From an uncultured Bacilli bacterium (lineage in GTDB: Bacteria > Bacillota_I > Bacilli_A > RF39 > UBA660), in NCBI GenBank assembly GCA_910587775.1, contig CAJUNF010000005.1, forward strand, positions 1 to 58,596: a DNA stretch of 58,596 nucleotides, in the 5' to 3' direction. Under the pieces are notes generated by a model that worked only from the letters and a program-made list of their open reading frames with translations, was not told the DNA's origin and made no database searches. Made by a program: the position numbers and the translations under genes. Below, one piece after another: positions 25,901 through 33,110 of this stretch (positions are counted from its first letter, which is position 1; every line of letters starts with the position of its first letter).

Positions 25901-28900
25901 GGTTCCATTTCCAGTAACATTTGAGGTTTTGGATTTTGGTGACCCTGTAATATCAATACTACTAATTTCATATTGAACGTTTATTAAGTAATCATAATTT
26001 TTGGTAGGGTCTATATTTTCTATTACGACACTACCGCGATTGTTGGTAATAGATTCTAATTCAGTATTATCATCAAGTCTTTTATTTACTTTGATGGTAT
26101 AAACTCTATCTACTCCATCTTCACTAGTAACAGTTATTGTAATTATATTTTCACCTTTTACTAATGCATGCGTTCCATTTCCACTAATTGTTGAAGCATC
26201 ATCTTCCTTGATTCCTTTTAAAGTAATTTCATTTACAGATCCATCTACATCAATGGTATATGATAGATTTTCTTTATTAAATTCTTCGTTTAGTGTTCCA
26301 CCTGTTACTTCAATATTTTGAAGATAATTATTAGTACTTGATTCTTTTAAGACAACAATTTGATAAACCTGATAGGTTTTATCTTCTGCAATACTAGTTA
26401 TAACAATAATATTTGATTTTTCTGTTAGATTATTATTTCCTCTTATTGTATAAGTAGTGGTATTTTCTTCTGGTGTTACCTTAACATTTAATTTATCTAC
26501 ACTTTTAGGAATTGTCACAGTATAATTTTTGATATCTTTTGAAAATTCAGGACTTATTTCATAGCCTTCAATTTCAATATTTAATAAAGAGCTATTATTA
26601 TTACGAGATTTCATAATAACTATTTCATAAATGTTAGTGTCTCCAGATTCACTTGTAACTGTAATTGGGAAGCTATTTTTACCACTTACTAGTTCAAAAA
26701 CACCTGTTCCAGTTACTGATCCAGCTTCTGAAGCGGCATTAATCGTAATTTTTTTGGTAGTTGCATCAACAACAGCAGTATAGTCATTTAAAAGTTTATT
26801 AAATGTTGGAGTAAGTTCTACTTTTTCTTGGTTTTCTTTTATAACTTCTAAATTACTTAAGAACGTATTGGTACTTTGCTCTTTGTAAGTATATAAAATA
26901 TAAGTTTTTTGATTTTTATTTGGAGCAGTTACTAAAATACGAATTTCATTTAATCCAGTTACTAAATTTTCATTTCCAGAAATTGTAACTGTTGCATCAG
27001 GATTTTCTGGAATCGCTTCTAATTCTATTTGATTAAATTCTGCTGGAATTGTAATGTAATACTCATAAGTAGATGGGTTAAATGTTATTTCTGTTTTTTC
27101 ATTTTGAGGATTGGTAATATTTAAAATAGCAAGATTATTGTTACCTGAATCATCTTTTCTTATTTTATAAGTATATGTAGTAGTATGAAGTCCATCTTCG
27201 CTTGTTATATCAATTTCAATGATATTGATACCACTATGAATTTCAAAGGTATCACTTGTTTGTTCTATACGATTTTCTTCTGCATTTTCTGGTTCGTTAC
27301 GATAATATTTTATCGTTTGATAATCACTTTTTAAGATAGGTGTTAAAGATATTTTTTCTGTCAGAAATGGAAGTAAGATTTCATAACTTGTAATGTCACT
27401 ATCAAATGTATAGTTACAGTAAGAAGGACTTAAACCACATAAATAAGCTACAGGATTTTTTAAGACGATATCTTTTGATTTACTATCATCAGATGGTTCG
27501 CGATTTATTTTTAAGGTGTAGGTTTTATTTGCTCCATCTTTTGTAGAAACAACAATTTTATGTTCATTTAATCCTGGGTGTAATGTAATATCACCATTTC
27601 CTAAAATGTTTGCTTCTTGAGATTTTGGAACTGCTAATATGTCGATTGAATTGTATTCTTTTGGTAAATCGATTTCATAAGTATAAGTCCATGGTTCAAA
27701 AGGAATGGTTACATTTCCATGATCTATTATAATGTTATCTAAGAAGGTATCTCCGACAATACCTGGAGTGGCTGTAATTTTAGCATATCCATTTCCACGG
27801 TTTCCATCCATTAAATTGGTTCCATCGTAGTTTGGCATTTTTTGATTACCAGAAATCATTTCTGTATCATTTAAATAATATTTTTGATCTACTGAATAAC
27901 CGTTTGGAACGTTGTTTTTAGAATTAGATGTCCAGATAAAGCCTGAACCTCCTCCAGCACCATGCCATCCAGAGCCACGAGAATTATATCCGCCATACCA
28001 GCCCCCTCCTGCTCCTGGTCCGCCATATCTTGCACTGATGTAACTAATGGTAGAAGCACTTGCGTTAAATCCTCCACCAAAAGACCAACCAGTAGTTTGC
28101 GTTCCTGGTGCACCATAAGAAGTTGAATAAGAGTAGCCAGATAATCCGCCACCATCTCCTCCGCGTTCACCGTCCATTCCGCCGCCACCTCCGCCGCCAG
28201 CGACAATAAGACGTGATAAAAGAGATGTTTGGTCATTCCAAGGACCACTTACAAGACGAATATCGGTAGACCCTCCACCACTTGCAGCAGGATCATTACT
28301 GGTGTTGATAGCTTTGTAACCTGAACCTCCACCATTAAAGCTTTGGGCTGTTGTACATATTTTTCCACCACACCAAGTACCTTCTTTTCCAACGTAAATA
28401 TAGAGAGTATCTCCCTTATTTAAATAAACAGAACCTTTGGCGTATCCTCCAAGTCCGCCAATACCTAGTTCACTATTTTGATGATGTCCTCCACCACCAG
28501 CACCCCATACTTCTAAAGTATAAAGTGCTGGAGATGGGGCAATAAATGTTTGATAATCACCTGTGTATGTAAATCCTTCGTTTACAGGGTCTAATAGTGG
28601 TTCTATTCGTTTTAGATTTAAAGTATAAACTGTACTACTAACTCCATCTAAATCAACATTTATAGTAATTTGTTTTTCTTTTTCTGAAACATATCGATTT
28701 TCTACAATTGTTACTTTGGCTTCTTCAAAAAATGGTGTTGCAATCATTGGGACTTCTCTTGTAAAGTTTAAAATTTCTAGAGTGTAATCTTTTTTATTAG
28801 GTGAAAAAGCACTTGTTAAAACACCACCATCAATTTCTAAACTTTTTAATAGACTAGCTCTTTTTCTTTTAAAGGTAAAAGTATATGGTTGATTTTGTAA

Positions 28901-31666
28901 ATCTCCTTCACTTGAAACTACAATATTAATTACTAATTCATTTTCTGTAAATTCATAAATTGTATTTTCTGGTATTTTTTGTCCTGGATATAATTTTAAT
29001 AGTTCTAAATTAATTTTTGTTATTTCTGTTGGTAATTCCATTTCGTAATCAAACTTAGTTGGGTCAAAATTCTCATAAAGTAGACCATTTACTTTAAAGC
29101 CTTTTAACTGAGCACTAGCGCTTGCTGGTCTTGTTACATGTATTGTATAAATAGAGATTTCTCCATTTAAATTTGTAAATGTAATGGTAAAGTCTTGGTT
29201 TCCTGCTGGAACATTAAATGTATCTAGACCTGTTATTAAAGCTTGTTGTTTTTTCGTGATAGCATCAAAAGTAATTGTAGTATCTTCAACATTTAAAGAA
29301 AGATCATAATCAAATGTACCTTCATGAAATTCTGGAGTTAACACGCCTTTATCTACTGTTATTTCTAATAGTTCATCTAAATCCTCTGTGGAATAATAAG
29401 AAATTTTAGCATATCCTGCGGCATTATTTCCTTGCATGACACTACTTCCATCATAAGTTGGTATGTATTGATTTCCTGCTAAAGTTTCGGTTTCTTTTAA
29501 ATAATATTTGTTTGTTGCTATATATCCGTCTGGAACATTTTTAGAAGAAGATTCATTTAAAACAAATCCGGATCCTCCTCCAGCACTATGGAATCCTCTT
29601 CCCAAAGAGTTTTTTCCACCATACCAGCCGCCACCGCCACCAGATCCACCATATTGGGAACTAATGTATCCGATGGTACTTGCATTAGCGTTAAAGCCTC
29701 CACCAAAAGACCAACCTGTAGTTTGGGTTCCGGGTGCACCATAAGAGGTAGAATAAGAGTATCCAGATAATCCTCCGCCATCTCCTCCACGTTCGCCATC
29801 CATACCAGATCCACCACCACCGCCTGCAACGATGATACGTGATAGAAGTGAGGTTTCATTGTCCCAAGGACCAGGAACAAGACGAATATCGGTAGCCCCT
29901 CCACCACTGGCAACAGGATCTCTAGTTGAATTCATAGTTTTGTAACCAGTTCCTCCACCATTAAAGCTTGGAGATGAAATACAAATAGAATTGCCACACC
30001 AAGAACCTTCTGCTCCAACATAAATATACAATTTATCTCCCGCATTTAAATATAGCTTTCCTTTGGAATATCCTCCTAGTCCAGCTATTCCTAATTCTGA
30101 ATTTTGGTGAGATCCACCACTTCTTGCTCCCCATACTTCTAAGGTATAATAAGTGGAGTATGGAGCAATAAATTCTTGATAATCTCCAGTATAATTAAAT
30201 GTTGTTTCTAGTGGTTTACTATTTACCGTTTGTTCAAATTCTCTATTAATATTAAACTTATAAGTTGTATTCTCACAATTTGGTTTACTTACATTAATAG
30301 TGACTATATTTTTTCCTACACTCAAATCATTTGAGGATATGGTGTAAGTTGTTTCTTCATCAGTTTCAATCAGTGGATTAAATTTAGTTGTAGTATGATT
30401 TACTGTAATATCGTATTCATAAACATTACTTTCAAACGAAGTAAAGTTTTCAAATGTTACATTATTTAATTTAGCTTTAGCAATTACGGGATAAATATTG
30501 TAGATCAAGATATTTCCTTCTAAATCCATTAATATTACTTGATGAATCTTATCTTTTTCTAAAGTTGTTTCTCCTACATTGTACGCCCACATAAATTTTG
30601 TTTCATCATAGGTTATAGTAGTTTTAAAAGGAGATGCTGGTAAAATTGTTTCATAATTTAAAGTGTTATTTTCAAAAAAAGGAGTTAGTTCTAAATCAGT
30701 TAAAGATATCGGTGGCATTTCTCCATCTAAAGGAGATGTTTTTTCTAATAAGGTTATTTTGGCATATCCATCCGCTTTATTTCCAATCATCGTACTTTTT
30801 CCATCATGAGTTGGCATGGATGCATTTCCAGCTATTGTTTTTGCATCGGTTAAAAAATACTGTTCACTAACATGATAACCTTTTGGGACATTTAAAACAG
30901 ACTCTGGAGTCCATATAAAACCAGACCCTCCACCAGATCCTTCCCATTTACTAGGACCAGCTGAGTAATATCCGCCATACCAGCCGCCGCCTCCACCATT
31001 TCCACCATAAGTAGAATTAATGTAAGAAAGGGTATTTACATTGGCGCTAAATCCTTCTCCAAATTTCCATCCAGTAGTTTGAGTTCCACCATAACCAGAT
31101 TCAGCATTAACAAGAATTCCTTCTAAACCACCACCGTGGCCACCAGGTTCGCCATTATCTACACCGCCTCCTCCACCACCGCCTGCAACGATGATACGTG
31201 ATAAAAGAGAAGATGAATCATTCCATTCTCCTTTTGTAAAACGAATGTCTGTAGCTCCTCCACCACTGGCAACAGGATTCCAAATATCACTAGCAGCAGT
31301 TCTTTTCCAGCCAGAGCCACCACCATTATATCCTCCAGCAACGGTACAATATCCACCTTGGCAAAACGTACCTTTTCCACCAACATAGACATATAATTTC
31401 TCACTTGTTTTTAATTGTATTACACCTGCCGAGTAACCGCCTTTACCACTTGGTCCAAGATAGCTTTGTTGATGGTCTCCTCCGCCTTCTGCTCCCCAAA
31501 CTTCTAATTTATATTTTCCTTGAACAGGGGCAATAAATTCTTGTGAGTCACCTGTATATGAAAAAACAAATTCTTCATTAATTTCTACAGCCTTAATTTT
31601 TAGTGGAAAAAAAAGGAATAAAAAAAGAAAAATAAAGAAATTTTTTTGATATTTATTGATACTCAT
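22382..31666 (-). CDS. Giant secreted protein (3,094 aa): signal peptide, 3 glycine-rich domains interleaved with cadherin-like repeats (about 22 in total), Big_2, X-like module, C-terminal dockerin
   Basis: ORF track 22382-31681 (TTG start). The ATG at 31666 preceded by GGGAAGTG gives MSINKYQKNFFIFLFLFLFFPLKIKAVEI. GRDs lie at 30746-31576, 29393-30208 and 27770-28582. The last 170 aa or so are identical to the neighbouring giant protein. Confidence 0.9.
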   Translation of the reverse strand: MSINKYQKNFFIFLFLFLFFPLKIKAVEINEEFVFSYTGDSQEFIAPVQGKYKLEVWGAEGGGDHQQSYLGPSGKGGYSAGVIQLKTSEKLYVYVGGKGTFCQGGYCTVAGGYNGGGSGWKRTAASDIWNPVASGGGATDIRFTKGEWNDSSSLLSRIIVAGGGGGGGVDNGEPGGHGGGLEGILVNAESGYGGTQTTGWKFGEGFSANVNTLSYINSTYGGNGGGGGWYGGYYSAGPSKWEGSGGGSGFIWTPESVLNVPKGYHVSEQYFLTDAKTIAGNASMPTHDGKSTMIGNKADGYAKITLLEKTSPLDGEMPPISLTDLELTPFFENNTLNYETILPASPFKTTITYDETKFMWAYNVGETTLEKDKIHQVILMDLEGNILIYNIYPVIAKAKLNNVTFENFTSFESNVYEYDITVNHTTTKFNPLIETDEETTYTISSNDLSVGKNIVTINVSKPNCENTTYKFNINREFEQTVNSKPLETTFNYTGDYQEFIAPYSTYYTLEVWGARSGGSHQNSELGIAGLGGYSKGKLYLNAGDKLYIYVGAEGSWCGNSICISSPSFNGGGTGYKTMNSTRDPVASGGGATDIRLVPGPWDNETSLLSRIIVAGGGGGSGMDGERGGDGGGLSGYSYSTSYGAPGTQTTGWSFGGGFNANASTIGYISSQYGGSGGGGGWYGGKNSLGRGFHSAGGGSGFVLNESSSKNVPDGYIATNKYYLKETETLAGNQYIPTYDGSSVMQGNNAAGYAKISYYSTEDLDELLEITVDKGVLTPEFHEGTFDYDLSLNVEDTTITFDAITKKQQALITGLDTFNVPAGNQDFTITFTNLNGEISIYTIHVTRPASASAQLKGFKVNGLLYENFDPTKFDYEMELPTEITKINLELLKLYPGQKIPENTIYEFTENELVINIVVSSEGDLQNQPYTFTFKRKRASLLKSLEIDGGVLTSAFSPNKKDYTLEILNFTREVPMIATPFFEEAKVTIVENRYVSEKEKQITINVDLDGVSSTVYTLNLKRIEPLLDPVNEGFTYTGDYQTFIAPSPALYTLEVWGAGGGGHHQNSELGIGGLGGYAKGSVYLNKGDTLYIYVGKEGTWCGGKICTTAQSFNGGGSGYKAINTSNDPAASGGGSTDIRLVSGPWNDQTSLLSRLIVAGGGGGGGMDGERGGDGGGLSGYSYSTSYGAPGTQTTGWSFGGGFNASASTISYISARYGGPGAGGGWYGGYNSRGSGWHGAGGGSGFIWTSNSKNNVPNGYSVDQKYYLNDTEMISGNQKMPNYDGTNLMDGNRGNGYAKITATPGIVGDTFLDNIIIDHGNVTIPFEPWTYTYEIDLPKEYNSIDILAVPKSQEANILGNGDITLHPGLNEHKIVVSTKDGANKTYTLKINREPSDDSKSKDIVLKNPVAYLCGLSPSYCNYTFDSDITSYEILLPFLTEKISLTPILKSDYQTIKYYRNEPENAEENRIEQTSDTFEIHSGINIIEIDITSEDGLHTTTYTYKIRKDDSGNNNLAILNITNPQNEKTEITFNPSTYEYYITIPAEFNQIELEAIPENPDATVTISGNENLVTGLNEIRILVTAPNKNQKTYILYTYKEQSTNTFLSNLEVIKENQEKVELTPTFNKLLNDYTAVVDATTKKITINAASEAGSVTGTGVFELVSGKNSFPITVTSESGDTNIYEIVIMKSRNNNSSLLNIEIEGYEISPEFSKDIKNYTVTIPKSVDKLNVKVTPEENTTTYTIRGNNNLTEKSNIIVITSIAEDKTYQVYQIVVLKESSTNNYLQNIEVTGGTLNEEFNKENLSYTIDVDGSVNEITLKGIKEDDASTISGNGTHALVKGENIITITVTSEDGVDRVYTIKVNKRLDDNTELESITNNRGSVVIENIDPTKNYDYLINVQYEISSIDITGSPKSKTSNVTGNGTYNLIPGEENKITLRVTAEDGSAKDYVIKVVRDKSDNDDLDFLYIEEGGLSPIFNETTIYYEVKVPFNTNILHMTAIPESPYAFVDVTDSNNIDTYKFTIDVSSLNPNDTKDIDIVVTAQNGNVKIYTTHIIKQESTNEDLTLSSLDTNRGELTPTFNPTILNYELTVEHDIEDITITASAFDESATIKGLGTYPLKVGKNSIPIFVVGNSQIQKDYQIIITRKKSSDASLTNLVVKNHVLSPSFSKDVTEYHLTTSKTNLEFTMINPTETDATYEIIGNQNFQTGENIVTIKVTAPDGETTKEYKIIVEKTGSKNNNLASLEVVGYNLTPDFHKGVTFYATEVNNDVNSVVISANPEDTNATITGTGLKKIETGENYFEIVVTSETEDKKVYTVLITKEASDNNYLASLNTNEGTLNPIFQKETTDYTINVSHKIESISLNGKAEDVNATITGFGNYNLNEGENNITILVTSESGLVRSYNITIIRESIISAFLKELNVTNFALDTEFNKEILEYFITVPNDTEQLNITAIAEDKNANVEITGQDSLEIGMNEIHIKVTASDSTTTLEYIIYVNKEMSTNNYLSSLIPSIGNLDPIFDPTVMDYTIEVPRETQNITINATTQDVGSKIISGLGEHELNIGSNLIVIKVKSAIGITRTYKVNVIRTPANNNYLKNLKVMHIKEDLPLNPEFQKETNEYSLTVPSDLNFIQIKAEAESEFATVTNTGTKELVTGLNRFEIEVKAEDGTINTYILNVTKEVSSNNYLSSLIPSTGVLSPEFNKELLEYNLDLSYEISELSFNATLESNLASVKGLENKIVPEGLSVREITVTAEDGSVRVYKININKETASEVRLKELAIIDYPITFDSDTFTYTIEVPHSKDILYQNEITAIPMDPNATVNLMGDLNLYAGASTEYIIEVIARDGYTTQEYKIIIKRAKFDLESITPSETSILLDIAETKQITYTFTPEITSFTEVKWMSDDETIASVDEFGNITGVGYGTTTIHVVSNYDENIKASIEVKVIRKKITSSVYQIERKEKEDGSKLEYTYGSEPGILLKDYLNHFENEATTLYVYDKEGNEVDKETMIASTFMKIKLIVEGVCYDELIIVVKGDLTGDGYITGPDRVRLQRYMQMKVELEEIEMIAADVTNDKEVTGPDRVKLQRYMQMKIDTVN
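27770..28582 (-). other. Glycine-rich domain (GRD) copy 3 of the 3,094-aa protein
   Basis: NEGFTYTGDYQTFIAPSPALYTLEVWGAGGGGHHQNSELGIGGLGGYAKGSVYL..LYIYVG...FNGGGSGY...ASGGGSTDIRL...SRLIVAGGGGGGGMDGERGGDGGGLSGY...GTQTTGWSFGGGFNA...GGPGAGGGWYGG...GAGGGSGFIW...GNGYAKIT. Confidence 0.75.
29393..30208 (-). other. Glycine-rich domain (GRD) copy 2 of the 3,094-aa protein
   Basis: TTFNYTGDYQEFIAPYSTYYTLEVWGARSGG...GLGGYSKGKLYL..LYIYVG...FNGGGTGY...ASGGGATDIRL...SRIIVAGGGGGSGMDGERGGDGGGLSGY...GTQTTGWSFGGGFNA...GGSGGGGGWYGG...AGGGSGFV...AAGYAKIS. By eye, about 80% DNA identity to copy 3 in the core. Confidence 0.75.
30746..31576 (-). other. Glycine-rich domain (GRD) copy 1 of the 3,094-aa protein
   Basis: EEFVFSYTGDSQEFIAPVQGKYKLEVWGAEGGG...GKGGYSAGVIQL..LYVYVGG...GGYNGGGSGW...ASGGGATDIRF...SRIIVAGGGGGGGVDNGEPGGHGGGLEG...GTQTTGWKFGEGFSA...GGNGGGGGWYGG...GSGGGSGFIW...ADGYAKIT. 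Confidence 0.75.
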
Positions 31667-31714
31667 AATAACACTTCCCAATATTTATTAACCAGACTAT
31701 TCTACTATAAATAG

Positions 31715-31744
31715 AGTATAACACTTTTTGTCGACTTTTGTCAT
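31715..31744 (-). promoter_or_regulatory. Sigma-A promoter candidate for the 3,094-aa gene
   Basis: The minus strand reads ATGACA (31739-31744), an 18-nt spacer ending in TGt, then TATACT (31715-31720). It lies downstream of the terminator at 31784-31810 and 48 nt upstream of the ATG at 31666. Confidence 0.6.
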
Positions 31745-31783
31745 TTTAATTTGCTCAGTATGGGAAGATTTTTCAAAGAACGC

Positions 31784-31810
31784 AAAAAAAATACCCACTT
31801 TCGTAAGTAT
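31784..31810 (-). terminator. Rho-independent terminator after the 152-aa membrane protein gene
   Basis: Minus strand ATACTTAC-gaaa-GTGGGTAT (8-bp stem with 2 G-U pairs and a GAAA loop) followed by TTTTTTTT. Confidence 0.65.
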
Positions 31811-31848
31811 TTTTGATATTTACCCATTTTAAGATCAAGAACTAAAAA

Positions 31849-32307
31849 TTATTTTTCTTCAAAACCACATTCTAAAACGATTTCCATACGATAGTCTTTT
31901 TTGCCATATGGTTCTTGTGGATAAATAATTACTTTTGTATCTTTATTATTACATGCTTCATTTGTTTTAGGATTTTTAAAAGCATCTAGCTTTTCTTTAT
32001 TTTCTTCTTCCTTATATCTAGATAATCCATCTAAATTAATTTTAATTCCTAACTCTGTATAGTTTTTTAAAAATTTTGCTCTTTCCTCATCATTTTTACC
32101 AATTTGTTCATAGTATAAATCTTCATAGAAAGATACGCCCATTTCCTTCATATATTTTTTTAGTGTTTCTTCTTTACTATTTCCACTTAATAATACAATT
32201 ACTAAAATAATGATTGCTACTAGTGCAATTAAGCCAATTCCGGCAATCAAACATTTCTTTTTATCTTTTTTTAATTCTTCAATCCATAATTTTATTTTGT
32301 TTTTCAT
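31849..32307 (-). CDS. Hypothetical membrane-anchored protein (N-terminal TM helix, 152 aa), co-oriented directly downstream of srtB
   Basis: ATG at 32307. Contains KKCLIAGIGLIALVAIIILVIVLLSG as a TM anchor. The Lys/Glu-rich ectodomain has two Cys. No recognised family. Confidence 0.7.
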   Translation of the reverse strand: MKNKIKLWIEELKKDKKKCLIAGIGLIALVAIIILVIVLLSGNSKEETLKKYMKEMGVSFYEDLYYEQIGKNDEERAKFLKNYTELGIKINLDGLSRYKEEENKEKLDAFKNPKTNEACNNKDTKVIIYPQEPYGKKDYRMEIVLECGFEEK

Positions 32308-32348
32308 ATATATTACTCCTTTACTTGCAATTATTATAGCATATTCTT

Positions 32349-33062
32349 TTATAATTCATCAAATATTCCTGCATGAATAATAACTCTTTTGGTTTTGTCA
32401 TAATAACAAGTCGATAATGTTAATGTTTTTTTGGGAATTTGATTCATAACAAATGATGAATCATTTTTTTGAAAGTATTTTTCTTGTTTATTCAAAGGAT
32501 TTTCATCCGATTCTTCTGTAATATATGCTGCATAAACTTGATATTCTTGTTTTTCAAATTCAGTATGAATTATGATTTTAATATCATTTCCTAATTTACC
32601 TTCTTGTAATTTTATAAGTTCTCCAAAAATAGTATCTTTATAAGTGTTATGTCCAAATAAAATAGTATTGTTATCCGTAAAATCCGATTTATTTTGATAA
32701 TTCATAAATATAGATCCATAAATATTATAATTTTTTAGGACATCATGATTTAGATAAAAGGTATTGTTTATTCCTTTTACAATCGCATAATTAATGTTTG
32801 TTTTAGGAATCTCAATCCAGCCTATGATATCTGGATTTAATTCTTTTAATTTGGAAAAGTTTATTTTTTCTTCCAACGCTCCATCCGTCTCATCTATTTG
32901 AATTACTTGATTATAAATGATTTGTTCTACTTCTTCTGATTTTTTTTCATAATATTTTTTCTTTCCTATTTGATAGATGGATATACCAAATATTATGAAT
33001 AAGATACAAATGGAAATATTAATTATTAATTTTTTATATTTTAATTTTAATTTTTTTTTCAT
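32349..33062 (-). CDS. srtB: Class B sortase
   Basis: N-terminal TM anchor (LIINISICILFIIFGISIY). Motifs: IGWIEIPKTNINYAIV, NTILFGHN (catalytic His), TLTLSTCYY (TLxTC Cys), KRVIIHAG (Arg). The ORF track starts at a TTG at 33086 that lacks an SD; the ATG at 33062 (MKKKLKLKYKK...) is preferred, but the start remains uncertain. Confidence 0.85.
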   Translation of the reverse strand: MKKKLKLKYKKLIINISICILFIIFGISIYQIGKKKYYEKKSEEVEQIIYNQVIQIDETDGALEEKINFSKLKELNPDIIGWIEIPKTNINYAIVKGINNTFYLNHDVLKNYNIYGSIFMNYQNKSDFTDNNTILFGHNTYKDTIFGELIKLQEGKLGNDIKIIIHTEFEKQEYQVYAAYITEESDENPLNKQEKYFQKNDSSFVMNQIPKKTLTLSTCYYDKTKRVIIHAGIFDEL

Positions 33063-33110
33063 ATAGTCATTGTAACATTCTTTCAAAAAAAAAAGAAGAT
33101 TGATCCTCTT

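Noticed and set aside
27889-31404. Alternative-frame ORFs inside the glycine-rich domain coding segments (27889-28248, 29557-29913 and 31159-31404 on minus; 29508-29744, 29588-29770 and 31191-31388 on plus)
   Set aside because: They coincide exactly with runs of GGN codons, which keep several frames open. Their products are Pro/Trp/Val-rich nonsense, and the main frame has the conserved ordered motifs.
19744-31576. Treating the Gly-rich stretches as generic low complexity (PE-PGRS-, collagen- or RTX-like)
   Set aside because: There is no GXY triplet periodicity and no GGXGXD nonapeptide. Five copies share the same ordered set of non-Gly anchor motifs (YTG..Q.F.AP, WGA.GG, LY.YVG, NGGG, GGGAT(D/H)I, VAGGGG, GW, SGF/SSYIG, ending in GYAKI(T/S) or GHARIS), which indicates a folded domain.
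31607-31647. Homopolymer tracts (A8 at 31607-31614, A7, T7) in the signal-peptide coding region of the 3,094-aa gene as possible slipped-strand phase-variation switches
   Set aside because: Runs of 7-8 A/T are common throughout this roughly 70% A+T sequence and arise here from Phe/Lys codons. They are below the length usually associated with phase variation, and there is no evidence of frame heterogeneity in a single sequence.
6847-31666. Regular periodicity of about 260-285 bp throughout the giant genes, which could suggest a CRISPR array or satellite
   Set aside because: The period corresponds to protein domains of about 88-95 aa in one continuous reading frame. There are no short identical direct repeats separated by unique spacers and no cas genes.
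77-31666. Interpreting the locus as a cellulosome or polysaccharide-degrading complex
   Set aside because: No glycoside hydrolase, carbohydrate esterase, polysaccharide lyase or CBM-like sequence is recognisable in any of the six proteins. Only Big_2, cadherin-like, glycine-rich and docking modules are present.
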